Source of the DNA: Pavona decussata
Taxonomy: Eukaryota
Assembly (NCBI GenBank): GCA_977016875.1
Contig: CDRNST010000056.1
Location: forward strand, 6,324,001-6,388,000
Reading direction: 5' to 3'
Length of the DNA stretch: 64,000 nucleotides
In this document: positions 1 to 13,480 of the stretch, one piece after another
Numbering within the stretch: the first letter of the stretch is position 1
Layout: each line of letters opens with the position of its first letter
The notes under the pieces: model-generated
The model's database searches: none
Told to the model about the DNA's origin: nothing
What the model saw: only the letters and a program-made list of their open reading frames with translations
Made by a program: the position numbers and the translations under genes

Positions 1-119
1 AAGTTGTTGATTCAAACCACCGTACGTGATCGAACTGTAAACATACGATCCTTTTGCGTGTGTTGAAATCCTATCCTACCCTCATGACGAATGCCGCATA
101 CAGTAGAGAACGGATGTTG

Positions 120-520
120 AAACCGTTCAAACGGTTGTTGCAATTCTTCGAACGGACGTTCTACTAGTTGCTGAATGGATAAAATAAAATAATATTAATG
201 GATACAATTAACCGTTCGAACGGATGCAAGAACCGTTCGAATGGATGCAAGAACTGTTCGAACGGATGCGAGAACCGTTCGAACGGATGCGAGAACCGTT
301 CGAACGGATGCGAGAACCGTTCGAACGAATGTTGCAATTAACTTCGAACGGATGTCAGAACCGTTCGAACGGATGTCAAAGCCGCTCGAACGGATACGCA
401 AACCGTTCGAACGGCTTGTTGAACGCTTTGAACGGATTTTTTTTGGCATTCGAACGGATAACGAACGGTTAACCTCTTCAAACGGATAACCGTTAGTGTC
501 CGTTTTGCCTTTCACGGTCA
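120..520. repeat. 21-bp tandem repeat with palindromic core CCGTTCGAACGG, probably the subterminal array of a non-autonomous DNA transposon
   Basis: AACCGTTCGAACGGATGCGAG units from 210 to ~330, degenerating to ~490. The three overlapping repetitive ORFs here are artefacts of the repeat. Confidence 0.8.
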
Positions 521-539
521 CAATTTTATCAATGCAATA

Positions 540-2488
540 AAACAGATAGTGGAGGAAATCAATGCACAGGATTGCGTTATCGTGGAGGTTTACAAAATCA
601 GGCTAAGAAGCAGAGAGACCTTTACTTTGTGACTGTTTCATTAGAGCAACATTTGACCAAGCTCTTGGAGCGTGATGACATTTGGGCAAAATTTCACCAG
701 TATCTAAATAAACCAAACTCTACAAGTATCAGAGACATTGTTGATGGAACAGTTTACAAGAAATACGAAGTGTAGGATTTCTTGCCAATGAAGATAGTTT
801 ATCTTTACTTTTCAATACAGATGGCATTCCTTTGTACAAATCTCCAAAGGTCCACATTTGGCCTGTTTTTCTTGCAGTAAATGAACTTCCTCCAGAGGAA
901 TGGTTTGCAAAGAAAAACCTGATTCTCTGGGGACTATTACAAGGAAAGGGACAACCAAGGTTTTCAACCTTTTTCGAAGTATTTACAGATGACCTCATCT
1001 GACTTAAGTTCAAAGGGTTCTCTATCATGAAGACGTTCCATCCAAAACTTATGCTGTCACTGGGCACTACTGACTTCCAAGGGAAAGCTCATCTCATGTC
1101 TATGAGTCACCATAATGGTGTCAATGGTTGCAAAATTGCACAGAAGAAGGTTATACGACTAAGCAAGGAAAAGGGCATGTGCGTTGCTATCCATTTAAAG
1201 ACCCTCCTTCTTCATTACGAACAAGTGAAAGTGTAGTAGAGGATTCCCTGACTGCAGTGGAATGTCGTTATATGATGATGTCACTCCATTGGCAAAGCTA
1301 CCTTGGTTTGACCTGGTGCTTGGAATAGTTCCTAACTACATGCATGGTGTGTTACTGAGAGCAACAAAGCAACTTCTTAACTTTTGGTTGGCCTCATCAA
1401 AATTTAAGAAGCCTTGGTTCATTGGACACAAGATAAAAGCTATTGACAAAAGACTAAAAGACACGAAACCACCAGATTTTATACAGAGACTTCCAAGGCA
1501 ACTGGAAACAAGCCGCGCTTATTTCAAGGCATCTGAACTACAAGCGTGGCTGCTTTACTATTCTGTTCCTTATATTATTCCTGTTGCCTAATTGACATCT
1601 TACCTGAAAGATACCTACAACATTTTGCTTGCCTTGTAGAAGGTGTATACATACTGCTTGGAGACAATATAACACCAGATTTACTAGCTTTGGCTAGAGA
1701 TATTTTATCTAACTTTTACAAGAATCACCAAGCTCTTTATGGTGAAAGCAACTGCAGTTTAAATGTACATAATGTTGGAGCTCATTTAGTGACTTATGTG
1801 GAAGCATGGGGGCCTCTTTGGGCATGGTCATGCTTTCCTTTTGAAGATATAAATGGAGCACTACTGGAGAATGTCCATGGGACAGGGAATCAGTGTCGCC
1901 AACTTATTTGGATGTTGTATGCACAAAATAGCCTTCGACTTAACTGTCACCTAATTCCAGACAAGAACATACGATGCTTTGTGGAGCAAATGCTTTCTGC
2001 TGAGAAAAGCCTGCGAAATGTAAAGAGAGCAGTAAACTGTCAAATCGCTGGAGCTCTTAAGAAGTGGAGCGTGAATAATGAGATTTATGAAAAGGCATCT
2101 TTAGTGCTTGACTCAAATAATTTCAATGTGCCAGTTATTTTAAATAGTCATGTCATTTATTCGAGATTTATGAAAAAATAAAAAAAACACTGGATGCGCT
2201 GTTCTAATAGAGGACAATAGAGGAAACTACATGGCCTTTGTTGAATACTTTTTATTTGAAAGTAACCTCAAAGCTGTTTGTGCTGTAATTAAACGCATAA
2301 TTTTAGACTTTGAAAACCCTTTCCTGGTATGTGACAAGCCACGGCACCTCCTCAGAATTGTAGGTGAAGATGATAAGTACACTGTTGTCCCAGCGGAGTA
2401 TATACTTGAAAAAATTCTATATCTTTCTGGCAACCCAAACAACATGTGTGTGGCGAGGGCTCCAAATTTCTGTGGTCATTGTCGTTGA
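540..2488 (+). pseudogene. EnSpm/CACTA (CMC) transposase, frameshifted and 5'-truncated
   Basis: Motifs across frames: DIVDGTVY, LSLLFNTDGIPLYKS..IWPVFLAVNELPP, DFQGKA..HHNGVNGC, NYMHGVLL, FKASELQAWLLYYS, NVH..HL...V..WGPLWAWSCFPFE. Confidence 0.85.
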
Positions 2489-2636
2489 AATTGCCTGTAC
2501 TTTCTGGAAAAAAGGCACTTATTTGCTCCATTCACAGTTTGTAAAGTTTTCACTTTTAACCTTTTATACATAGTGAGAAAAGAGTGGGATCATTATACAA
2601 TAAAAAGCTGGAATAAAGGGAACATTTCTTTTATTC

Positions 2637-2906
2637 TTGTTAAATGTAAATAAGCTGAAAATTATTTCTGGCTTATTCCAGTTTCCTCCAAGAAATAATG
2701 ACTGGCAAAAGCTGTCAATTTCTGGCAACAACTGGCAGTTCCATCAAATTCTAGCTGTTGACAGCATTTGCACAAACTTGCACAAACTGGAAAAACATTT
2801 TCTGTCAAAAAGCTGGAATTTGATTCTGGAACAAACCTGTCAAATTTTAGAAATTTCTGGAAACTTCCAGAAGCTGGCAGAAAGCTAGAAATTCGTTTTG
2901 TAAGGG
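2637..2906 (+). mobile_element. Right terminus of the EnSpm element (subterminal AAGCTGG/TTCTGG repeats, ends ...TTTTGTAAGGG)
   Basis: Short subterminal repeats in both orientations after the polyA signal, ending in GGG (CCC-type terminus known for animal EnSpm). Confidence 0.55.
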
Positions 2907-5455
2907 TTATATGTCCTTTTATCCTCTGAGTTAGTGAAAAAACAACGAAAAAGTATTACATGACTCGCCGAATTTTCGACAGGCTGCATTACATTTTGAG
3001 CCACACATGGCTGACTTCGCACATTGTTTACACTGTTTTCAGCGTTCAGAACGTTCGTATGGTTCAACAGCTGTTATCTAATTAGCATCCAAAACGTTCA
3101 AAAATGGGCGTTTAGTTGGCAGCGTTTCTATTGTTTAGAAAATTTACGTTCCTATCGTTTATAATGTTCACAACCTTCAAAAGGTTTTGATGGTTCATGT
3201 GACGTAGTTGAAATGAGTTTTACACTTGGTGCTTCGCTTTCTATAAATTTTATCTAGAAAAATTTTGGTGAAGGACCCTTGAATCAACTAGCTTGATTAA
3301 CGTTCATTAATAACACAAAGAACAAACTAAAATTTGTAGTTACCAAAGAAAAAGATCTTGAACAAATAAAAAGTCGTTTTGTGAATGTGTTTATTCACGC
3401 TCTTAATTAATAAGGATCGGACTATCTGTCCGATCTTTTTCTCTCAACTTACCATAACTACATCGGAACGTTCTCAAAATAAATCCCTGGAATCCTTCGC
3501 TATTAAAATACATTGTTTCATTCATAAACTTCAAATGCATGCAACACAGCCTTACAGTATCTTGGATTCGTGAAAAACTTCACCAAGCAGCACTACTTTT
3601 TGTTGGCTTTTGGAGTTGAAGTTCAATGGAGCTGGCGGGTGAACCTTGTAAGCATGAAAAAGCCATCCCAAGATAGGTTAATTTGCATTTTTTGACGTGT
3701 CGAGGGTAGTTTTCAGTCAGTGAAAACAAAGTGATGCTTTGTATGTAATTACATGCTAATATTTTTGTCTGAGTTATTTATAAATCTTAGTTTATTTTGA
3801 TCAGTAAAAAGGCCGTTAGTACCAGCTGAGTTGTTGTGAGGAATGTTGAGGTTTTTTGCATAAGCCTCGGCTCTCAGGCGTAAATTGTCTTAATGTTAAT
3901 TAACAGTGGTTACAGCTACAACAATGACTGTTTTTGTTTAACAATTCACAGCCCCCATTAAAATTGTTTGAAAAGGCCAATTGACAATTTCAGAAAGGCA
4001 ACCACAGCTCTTTTTGGCAATTTAAATTTCAGTGAACGAATCCAAACAGATCAAACAGTGTTAACTTGTACAAATTTGACATTGAATCATGTAGGAATGC
4101 AGGAAAAATGCTCCAATTGTTATGCTTCAATGCCTATGACAAGTTGTGCAGTCTTTCGGAAAAGAGCTAATTTTTCTGCATATTTTACTTGAACTCGTCT
4201 TGTTGTTGTTGTTGTCGGCGATGATTTGCTTTGGAAATCACATTTTTCTTAAACCCTGAATAAAGAAACTTATCGACAGAAGAGTTGCCCTGAAACTTTC
4301 ACAATGCTGAAAACTAATCCTTTTCTTTAGGTTGTTAAAATTGTTTAAAAAGGCGAACGGGTCGTATGAAATTTTGGATATAGAATTTTGGCAATTTCAA
4401 TAATTATTGTCAGCTAGAGAAACCAAACCGATCAAACTGTGAACATCACTTGCAGAAATTTGACTTTAAATTATGCAGGAAAAGAATGCAGAAAAATGTA
4501 TGTTTTGCTTTAATATTCACGTTAAGGTCTTTGAAGAAACTTTAAAATTCATGATTTTCATTGTCGAAGATTGCTTTGAGAAGCTTAAAGATTATTTGCA
4601 CTTATCAGTCTCGAGGCAAGTATCTTCTATCATACTGAAAATGGTTTTGCATTCTTTGCGAAAGTGTTCAGAAATGAATCACAAAGTACACCAATTAACT
4701 TACATGTGCTAAGCGATGAATGCTTAAGTTATGGAGTGCATGAGATAAGCTGAAAATATAGAAACGCCTTAATTGTGTACCATATGGCAGAAACTGATTT
4801 CTTTGCTCCCTGAGGCGCGAGTTGATGTTGTTTGGAACCTCTACCACCTGTCACTCAAAAATCTTAGAAAGGAGATATTCCCTGAAATGTGCTTGCTACA
4901 TATAACGTATGGGTAGAAGCTTAATTTTGTTCCAATGATGGCTTTCACAGCAAAAAGACCCACTTCCACAATACAAAGAATAAGCGCAGCCCTGATGGGT
5001 TTCTTTTTTGTTGTTTATTTCGTTGGTATTGTTGGAACGGCATGGCGTAAATGGTTCCCAAACACTAAATCTATTTAATAAACACTTTCACTTTCACTGG
5101 CAGAAGAGTTTTAGAAAAAAGAAGATTGGGTACATATGGTAAAGGTTCCAACTGTAGCTACCATGCAACTGCCCAAGTTTTCATAGGAACGAACCTCTGA
5201 AAGTTAGGCAGATTCTTAAGCCTGGTTCACAAAAGCAACGCAAGCAAGCGCAAATGCAAGCGCAAGCACAAGCACAAGCAAACACGTGTGTGAACAACCA
5301 CAACACAAACGCAAGTGCCAATGCAAGAAATGGAAAATTTTTCATTTCCTTGCGCTTGCGTTTGCATTTCACACGTGTGAACCAAGGCAATGCAAACGCA
5401 AACGCAAGATGACCAACACTCGTTCCATGCCTCTGCAGTTTACGTTCAAACCAAG

Positions 5456-7524
5456 ATGGCGTCTGCATGCGATGAAAAGCTTGCAGAGAGTGAGCGAAAA
5501 TATCCAGTACTTTACGACAAAGGTTGCAGCGGATTTAAAGCAAAAACAAGAAACAACTTGTGTGGAGTGATGTAGCAGGAGAAGTGGGGCTAGAAAATGG
5601 TGTGTCGTACTACACGGAAGAAAATAAGTAATATATAAGCTTACGGTTTTGAAGAAACTGCAACATATTTAAGCTTACCATTTGTTCACAAACACAATAA
5701 AATGGTCAATATTTCCATTCTCTTGAACAGGAGAAGAAGCTAAGACAATGTTTAGGTATCTAAGGAACCGTTATAGTCGGGACAAAAAGAAAGTTGAGGA
5801 AAAGAAGGTGTCCGGTGTTGGGACAAAAGATGTAGAGGAAGCCAAAGTAAGTACCTCAGACCTCTCTCCATTCATGGCATGGCTGGATCCATACGTGAAA
5901 GCAAGGAAAACAAAGACAAATGTCATAAACGTAGACAACAACGAAAGTGAAGAAGAAGAACTGGACGGAGGTGACGAGGTTCATTAGGCTGATGATAATG
6001 AAAGCTCCACCTCAGAGCTCTCAGTCAATAGTGCACCTGGGAAAATTCAGTCTCGCACAACGGGACATCCAAAATACATGAAAAAGGCAAGGTAGGTCAC
6101 GAAAATTGAGTTTAGATAAATTTTCTTCAAAGGAAGTCAGTGCCAACTTAAGAAGTCTTGTAAAAAACCCCATCATATGAAAAAAATGGCCAAACATGCT
6201 CCTAAATGTAGTGTTTAGGAGACTTGTTTGCCATTAGAATCCCATCCCCCCCCCCCCCCCCCAAAAAAAAAAAACAGTAATTTCTTATGTTTACCTGTTA
6301 CAACAAGAATTATTTGAACATTTGGTAGGTATCCAGGCACTGGTACTTTATAATGTGCACTTTGACAAGGTAAAGACTTCAGAACTTGCAATAAAGAGAC
6401 TCTTTAGAAAACTATCAGCACCTCCCCTGCTGCGGACCCTGTGAAGAGATTTTCTTTTGCTGTACAACATTAATATTTAAGTCTTTTTTTGGAACCCCTT
6501 CTCATGCTGCCAGAGGTAGCCGTTTGAGAATGAGCTGTTTACAGCTAGCTAGTCACATGGTTCAAAAGTTGCCATGCTAAAAGGCAAGCAACCCACTGGG
6601 AAACTCAAGAGGAACTGAATTAACATTTGAATAGCTGCAAGCTCTTTGTCTCGCTGTCCCACTGGTTTATGGTCAAAACACCACTAAGACTAAATGCCCT
6701 TGACAAAACGCCCCCAGCAAATAAGGCATAACACCCCCTAATGAAAGCGAAGCTCTAATCATGAGTTTATCAGGCAACTTATCAATCAATTGATATATAT
6801 TGTAGCTTCTCACATTTAGAACAAAGAATGTACATAAATATCCTAATTGTCTCTGGGGGTGTTAAGTCTTATGAATGAAGGGGTGTTTTGACCAGTTATC
6901 ATCCCACTGCATCTGTTACCCTCCAGCATGGTGGATTTGTACCATGTAAACATTCAGGGCCAATTTATGTTGTTCTAATGTTTCTTTATAGCAAATGTTG
7001 TTGACAACAGGGTGGAGGACATGGATGATTTCAACAAATTGAAGATTTTCAAGACATTGGTACCAGCCTGATGTCTTGCAGTAAGGAAAAGCAACAAATT
7101 CAAGAAAGAGATGAAGACACTTTATTTGGGGAACTAATCACCTCGCAACTAAGAAAAATTGGTTTGCCTGATAAACTCGTGATTAAAATGAAAATCAATC
7201 TATTGATATATGACCATCAAGTGAGAGCAAGTACTGCAGTAAAAGACAACTGGGAAAGAAAACACCTCAACTCCAAATATTTCCCACACTATGCAAAGTC
7301 CTCCAATCCTACAGGGTGGTAATCTTAAGCATGGAATTTTTACTGCACCTCACTTTTATACCCCAGAAGGTTCGTCGACTGCTGCTGCAGGTGCTCAAAG
7401 ATTATTTCGTACTTCAAGTCCTGATCTTGACAACCAAAGTACAATGTTTCCTCTTGGTGATTTTTTCCAACAAAAAAACCCAGCTTTTTGGAGGACCTTA
7501 GTAATTGAACCAAACTGTAACTAA
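5456..7524 (+). pseudogene. Harbinger MADF/Myb-SANT DNA-binding gene with BESS-like C-terminal motif; 3 exons (~5456-5599, 5731-6091, 6992-7524)
   Basis: MASACDEKLAES.RKYPVLYDK, F.YLRNRYSR, DEDTLFGELITSQLRKI; GT-AG introns; contains stops and frameshifts. Confidence 0.8.
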
Positions 7525-7896
7525 AGTAGAGAAGATAACCTTTAATAACCCGACACTTCTTTCCTGTTATACAATTTTGTTTATATTGTAACATGACTTA
7601 TGCAGCTGTGATGATGACTGACTACTTTAATCTCAGTATTGAGTTTGTTTATCAGACACGCATGTCAGTGAAGAAAATTGTTGCTTGTTAGGTTCCTTTC
7701 TCCTGCTAAAGGGAATTTTTGAAATAGATACTTTAATTGTGCTATTACCAGGAAAAATAGCTCCAGTTAGAACATTACCATTGTAGCTGAATTTCTTTTG
7801 TTAGTTTTTGAGGCTTTGGACCTCAGCATAAGTCAACTTGAGTTTTTTTACTATGTGACTTCATTTTGTTTGTGAATGTTAAAGTTAAAAGTAAAG

Positions 7897-9759
7897 TTAA
7901 CTTTCAATCAGTGGACCTCTGCTTCTCACATAATCCCATTGCCAGGGGACTGCTCCTTCTCTAGAGACCATATAATTCTTGAAAATCCCCCTAACTTCAA
8001 CAGCAGTCTTCACTTGCCTTGACACTCGAACAAGTGGAAGGGGTCTTAATGCACCATTCTCACCTTCAGCTGACACAATTCTTCTCCATTCCCCTTCTTT
8101 AATTCTTCCTGAACTGTCTTCACTGTCCACAAAACCAGCCGGGCAATAAGCAGCACCATTGGTTTTACGTAGATAGTTGTGCAGACAAATTGCAGCTTGA
8201 ACAATGGCCACAGCAGTTTCCACGCTAGTTTGTATGCAAGTATGTAAAACTCTCCACCTTGCTCAGAGAATGCCGAAGGCATTTTCTATGACTCTGCGGG
8301 CACGGGAAAGTCAATAATTAAAAATGACTTTGTCCTCTGGTATCCCTTTACCTGGATAAGGCCACTGAAGCCATTCTTTTAAGGGAAAAGCCCCCTCCCC
8401 AACAAGGAAAAATGGTAAATGCTGAGTCATATCATTGTCCAGACATTCAGCATCTGGAAGATTCATTTTCCCTCTACGAAACAATTTACGCATTTCTGAA
8501 TTTGTCAAAATGCTGCTGTCATTGTTACAACCATAGTCCCCAATATCCACTAGGGTAAAAACATAATGAGCATCGTATATTGCCAGGAGCACAATACTAA
8601 AGAAGCCCCTACAATTGTGGTACCAAGAACCACTTTTTAAAGGGCATTTTATGGCAACGTGTTTCCCATCGATTGCTCCAACCACATGTGGAAAATTCCA
8701 TAAGTCTTCAAATTGATTAGCAATCTCCTTCCAGTCTGCTTGGGTGTTGGGAGCCCTAACATACGTGCTATGAAGTGTCTCCCAAATGGCACTTCACGTA
8801 CTCTAGAAGAAACAGTGGACTTTGCAATGCGATAGGAGAAAGACATTGACTGTTGGCTGTCACTGTATGCTAGGTAATGAATAGTCATAGTAAGATATTC
8901 AGCGGCACTTATTGGTTCTCTCATGACTGTTTTTGATCTAGTAATACGGGGACCAATGCAGCAAAGTTTCAAACGTTTTGGAGGACATTCTCAGATACCT
9001 GTCAAAAACATAAGAGAAAAAGACATAATTATGTAAATACTTTAAAACACTGTTTTTGTTCTTAGTTTGCACAGAAAACATACAAAATAACTTAAAATTG
9101 TAGCAATATTAGTCACATGGGAGGAACAACATGCACATGCAGAACAACACCAATATTATTTCATCAATAATATTACATCACATTTCCTTTCATTGCACAT
9201 ATGCCACTCATTGACATTCCAATCCTAGCAGTACTGTATGCAAGATGTTTGTCCCATGAACCTAGTTTAATGGCCTTAGCTCCCACGAGTCTCCTGTAGG
9301 TCAGTGGTAGAGTATCCGAACTAGTAATCAGTAGGTCTTAGGTTCGACTCCTGATACACGAACTTGGAATTTCTTTTTCCGAGTTTCCCTGTGTCATTAC
9401 TGAATAATACATAATTCTCAACATCATGGTTAACAAACAAAGATGGTGCAATGCAAGGAAAAGCCAACCTCTGATCACCGCGGTGAAAGAAAGAAGTATG
9501 TCAGTGTTTACTGGAAGAGAGTTAGAGTTGATCTATTACAAGCTTATTACTTACCAAAAGTAGAACTCTCTATCGCCAAGCTGCACTTCTTTCACTAAAT
9601 TATGGTAATCTCCCTGAAGTTGTCTTCGACAAAAGATTTTTCAAACCCAGACACGTCTTGGTCTTTCTCTTATCTGCCTCTGCATTCGACGCCTTTGCCT
9701 TAAAAGACAAAGGCCGAAAACGAAAAAGAAAAACAATCTTAAAACATCTCGTCTGCCAT
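7897..9759 (-). pseudogene. Harbinger (HARBI1/DDE_Tnp_4-like) transposase, 2 exons, intron 9554-8999
   Basis: VGAIDGKHV, SIVLLAI.DA.Y.F..VDIG, FLVG(D/E)GAFPL, ICLHNYL; several frameshifts and stops. Confidence 0.92.
9225..9420 (+). mobile_element. tRNA-derived SINE-like repeat inside the Harbinger transposase intron
   Basis: A-box-like TAGGTCAGTGGTAGA (9297-9311) and B-box GGTTCGACTCC (9341-9351); cloverleaf is degenerate. Confidence 0.7.
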
Positions 9760-10799
9760 CTTTAATCTCGTTTCCAGAGTCCTTCCTTCCCAACTGCTGT
9801 TCTAGGGTAACGCAGACTCTGGTAAAGAGATTGCCGCAATCTTGTCTTCCATCTAAGGGTACTGAAATGCGCGTCTCTATCTCATTCTGCTTGCACTTGC
9901 TCTTGCGTTTGCGTTGCTCATGTAAACCAGGCTTTAAAGCTTAACAACGATGACGGAAAAGGGACCAGATGCGAGCCTTGGAAACCAAATTAATTAACAA
10001 CGTTCTGTGACCATTCTAGTTCCAAGCAAAAAAAATCTTTTAGAATTTCTCGTTTGGAATGCATTTTTTTTACGTAAACTTGTCATGACTCTGCCGTTCA
10101 ACGTCTTTCTAAAGTGTCAGTTTAATTTCTCATGTCAACCTTGCTCAAATGCCCTTTTGCCACTGACAAATCAAGTGAACATATTAAACACATTTAAAGC
10201 GCCAAAAACCCAGAACCATATTCCCTTCATATGACGAGACGGAGACTAGTCACTTTCCTTTGTTGGCAGCCTCGAACTTTTTTTCCCGGTAACTAAAAAA
10301 TCCAAGAGAGAGCTACAAACGCAACGCTTCCAGGCCGTGACACCTGCAGGAAGCTGAAGCGACATGAACATCAGGCTGATGTATATCTTGTGTAAAAGTG
10401 TCAATACGAATGTTGCGTCACCAAACATAACAAAGTTTCAAAATTAATGGTACAGCTTTTTCAATTCAATATTTCAATTATCAATTCAATGACCTTTCTT
10501 ACAATCAGCATTTATGATTACAAGTGACGTTTTATTGGAGGGATATTTGAGGTTGTTAAAATAAAATAAAAAACATATAATAATCATAAAAACGTGAAAG
10601 TCGCGTTGGTTAGAATTCACTTTCCAACATGTTAAAACAGTGACAAACCACGTTAATTTACTATTGGTGAAATATAGCTTTATTTCCCTTTTCCCTTTCT
10701 CTCAACATGGTGACAATAGAAAGTGAACAAACTAACCAATCCCATAAAATATTACAACAAACTTCACATTATGATCACGACCGTTCTCAATTAGCTATC

Positions 10800-11682
10800 A
10801 TATGCTGATTTTTTTAAGATCAACGCCAAGCTCACGAATACTTAACAAGATATACAAATACGCTGTGTTTAACTTCCCAGATGGGAAAAAAGTTGGCACA
10901 GATCCGACAGCCAATGTTTGCGAAGGCTTTAAGTGTAAAATTAAAGAAGGCGCAAACATGATGTTCAGTTGAAAGGGATCAAGAGAATGGGGACTCATCA
11001 TCAAATTACAGGGTAAGTGTTCTTATAAAAACAGGTGATGATCAATTACCCGTGTGTTACAAGAGACTCGTCTTTTATTGTTATGAAGTTGTGTAAGAGT
11101 TCAATGTAAGGTAGAAATGAAACCCATTCTAATTTTCCCAGGAGCAGCAGCTTGTTAACTATCACTCTTGTCTTTTCGACTAGAAAAAATTGTATAAATT
11201 GTGATATTTCAACGGCACTTCAACTTTGATGCTGGACAATCCATAGACGAGCCTCTAAAGTGCTGGGCAGTGGAGAATGAGATGTCCATTCCCGAAATCA
11301 CAGCCAACAGCACTCCGCTACCACAACCACCACCGACAGAAGCATCAGCCCCAACAGTGTCAGCACTACCACCACCAGCACCGTAGCACCATCAGCACCA
11401 ACACTACCACCACCGGCTTCCCCAACACCAGCAACAGCAGCAGCGTCAACAACACCAGCTGACACTGGAGCGGCATCACCACGGATACCATCTTCATCAC
11501 CGGAAACAACACCGCCACTAGCATTTCCTTTTCGCTTACCTCACGTACCTTCTTCCACCATCACACCCACGACCATCCAGACCCTTTTTCAGCAAAAGTC
11601 TTTTACCAACCAAGTTTTACTTAACATTTCAAAAAACTACACACAAATCATTAATAGTATTAACCAAACTAAAACATTTTAA
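10800..11682 (+). pseudogene. Relic of an unidentified spliced gene with a Pro/Thr-rich C-terminus
   Basis: Coding-like segment ending at CAGG|GTAAG (~11012), acceptor TTTTCGACTAG (~11183), Pro-rich frame ending ...NQTKTF*; contains internal stops. Confidence 0.4.
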
Positions 11683-11759
11683 ACCATGGGATCGGAAAAC
11701 TCCCATGGCGCACTGAGATAATCCGTATAACTTGATGTAATAAATCGTTATTTTGGAGT

Positions 11760-13480
11760 TTACTGAACTTTGCTGAGGATTGAAGGATACAACAATTGTT
11801 TTGTTATGATCAAAAGCGTACTATTGTACTTGTAAACATGTTGTGAAGTAACATGTTGTAAATTACTAAACAAAAGGTGGTGTATCATTAATGTAATTAC
11901 AGTTGTATGCAAGTGTTGCCTTGCTTGTCTGCTGTACAAACTGAAACATATGAAGTGGGAGCTACCTGGACTAACAGGTTTGTCTTGTAACTGCAATTTG
12001 TACTTGTTTTCATCTGGAGGGCATGTGAGATGTACAAGATCTTCAGTCTCAGATCTTTTTCTTTTTACAGATTAGCGCCTGTCAATTTCAACTAAATCAG
12101 CACTGCACTCCTGATCTAAAGCTTGAGAAAACCTTCATGTGTTTTGGCTAAACAAAGTATCAAAGTCCAGTGTCTTTCTTGGGGTATCATTAATGACAAA
12201 CTCTTTATTGTTTTCCAAACTTTTCGAACTTCTTTCCGTAACTGTGACACCACCTTAAATAGTGTCTCTTTCAGAGATAAATTTCTTCCCAATTGAGTCC
12301 TCACTCAACACAACACAATGCTGCCTGACAGTAGTGCCATCCAAAGACAATGGATTAGAGCCTCATGGCTCATTTCCCTGCTTAATTTCACAAGGAGTAT
12401 ATTTCCCTTCCTCTGCCTGGCTTCTGGTAGGTGCAATTTAAAAACAGGAGGGTGAGGTGATATCATCAACTGATATGCTTGTGTCAAGTTAATTTTCCAG
12501 CTGGGATACTGTTAAAAACCAGTTCATCCAGGTGTAATATTTGGCAATGGCTGTTCACGTTCATTCTCTTTACTATTCTCACTGAATGAAACAACTAAAA
12601 TGACCGGAAAGTTCTCAACAAGAGATAGCCTTTCATGACGAATTGAGCATGACCCATCACTGTTTGCTTTCAATTGTGAAGAATCGCTTGATCATGTACA
12701 GTGCTCTTCGGGAACTAGTCCTTTTAAAGGCTGGGTCATCACCATGCTCATTTCAGATGAAGAAACACAATCAACACTTACCATGGCAATGCAAATTTTC
12801 TCTTGTGGTGGAGTGAATTTAGAATTACGATAATCACTCCCCTTTACCTTGATCACATGTTCTAGAAAATGTGATGGACCTAAACCTTTGAATACTTCAC
12901 CCTGACTTAACGTCTGCTTTAATTGTTGATGGTTGACCACCATCATTTAATATACTAAAACCACTTTCAATTTCAATTTCAGCCAAATCCTCTTCAGTTG
13001 GATAACTAACACCAGCTTGTTTCTCACTTGACTCAGTTGCTCCAATGGAACCAGTCATTACTTTCTGTTCAGTGTTGTGATGATATGCAGCTGATCCAGT
13101 TATTTGCAACTGTTCATGCTCTAACACCACAGGAGAAACAGAAAGTTGTACATGTAGTCTGTCACTTGATGTTGTGCTATGACATGATGTCATCTCACTT
13201 TGCTGCATTTCACTAGTTTGTGGTGGACAATAGCTTGGCATCCATTCTAGGAGAATTTAAACAGTGCTCTTTTAGCAGAACAAGGTTGCGGCAGCAACCA
13301 AAATGTCCTGATATAGTTTTCAAAAGCCAGTGTCAATTTTTAACCCTTTTGAGTTTTAACCATTGTTGAGAACTTAGCCCCGTCCACTAGGGTTTCTTCC
13401 CGAACTTATAACTAAGACAATCAGTAGAGTCCATTGTGCCACTCCTTTTTAATCTCTTCTGGTTCACGTATCAGTACTCA
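11760..13480 (-). pseudogene. Decayed long Ser/Glu-rich exon of an unidentified gene (repeated in each tandem unit)
   Basis: ORF fragments 12897-13241, 19837-20166 and 11760-11996 join into one low-complexity frame broken by stops and indels. Confidence 0.45.

Larger units (their letters stand above)
5219..9933. mobile_element. Full-length PIF/Harbinger DNA transposon (4.7 kb)
   Basis: TIRs AGCCTGGTTCACAAAAGCAACGC / GCGTTGCTCATGTAAACCAGGCT; TTA target duplication at 5216-5218 and 9934-9936; two convergent genes. Confidence 0.93.

Noticed and set aside
195-521. Repetitive ORFs (RTDARTV / VRTVLAS), likewise 5181-5570, 50365-50689 and 56569-57340
   Set aside because: Translations of tandem or subterminal repeats.
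2907-5215. Short ORFs and a diverged ~90-bp duplicate (~4035-4120 vs ~4418-4500)
   Set aside because: No recognisable motif or termini; cannot be assigned.
6247-6273. C and A homopolymer runs (also ~13977, 23849, 44436, 63211)
   Set aside because: Simple slippage tracts with no supportable function.
9290-9355. Functional tRNA genes here and at ~46975-47045
   Set aside because: A and B boxes are present, but stems are degenerate and embedded in SINE-like flanks.
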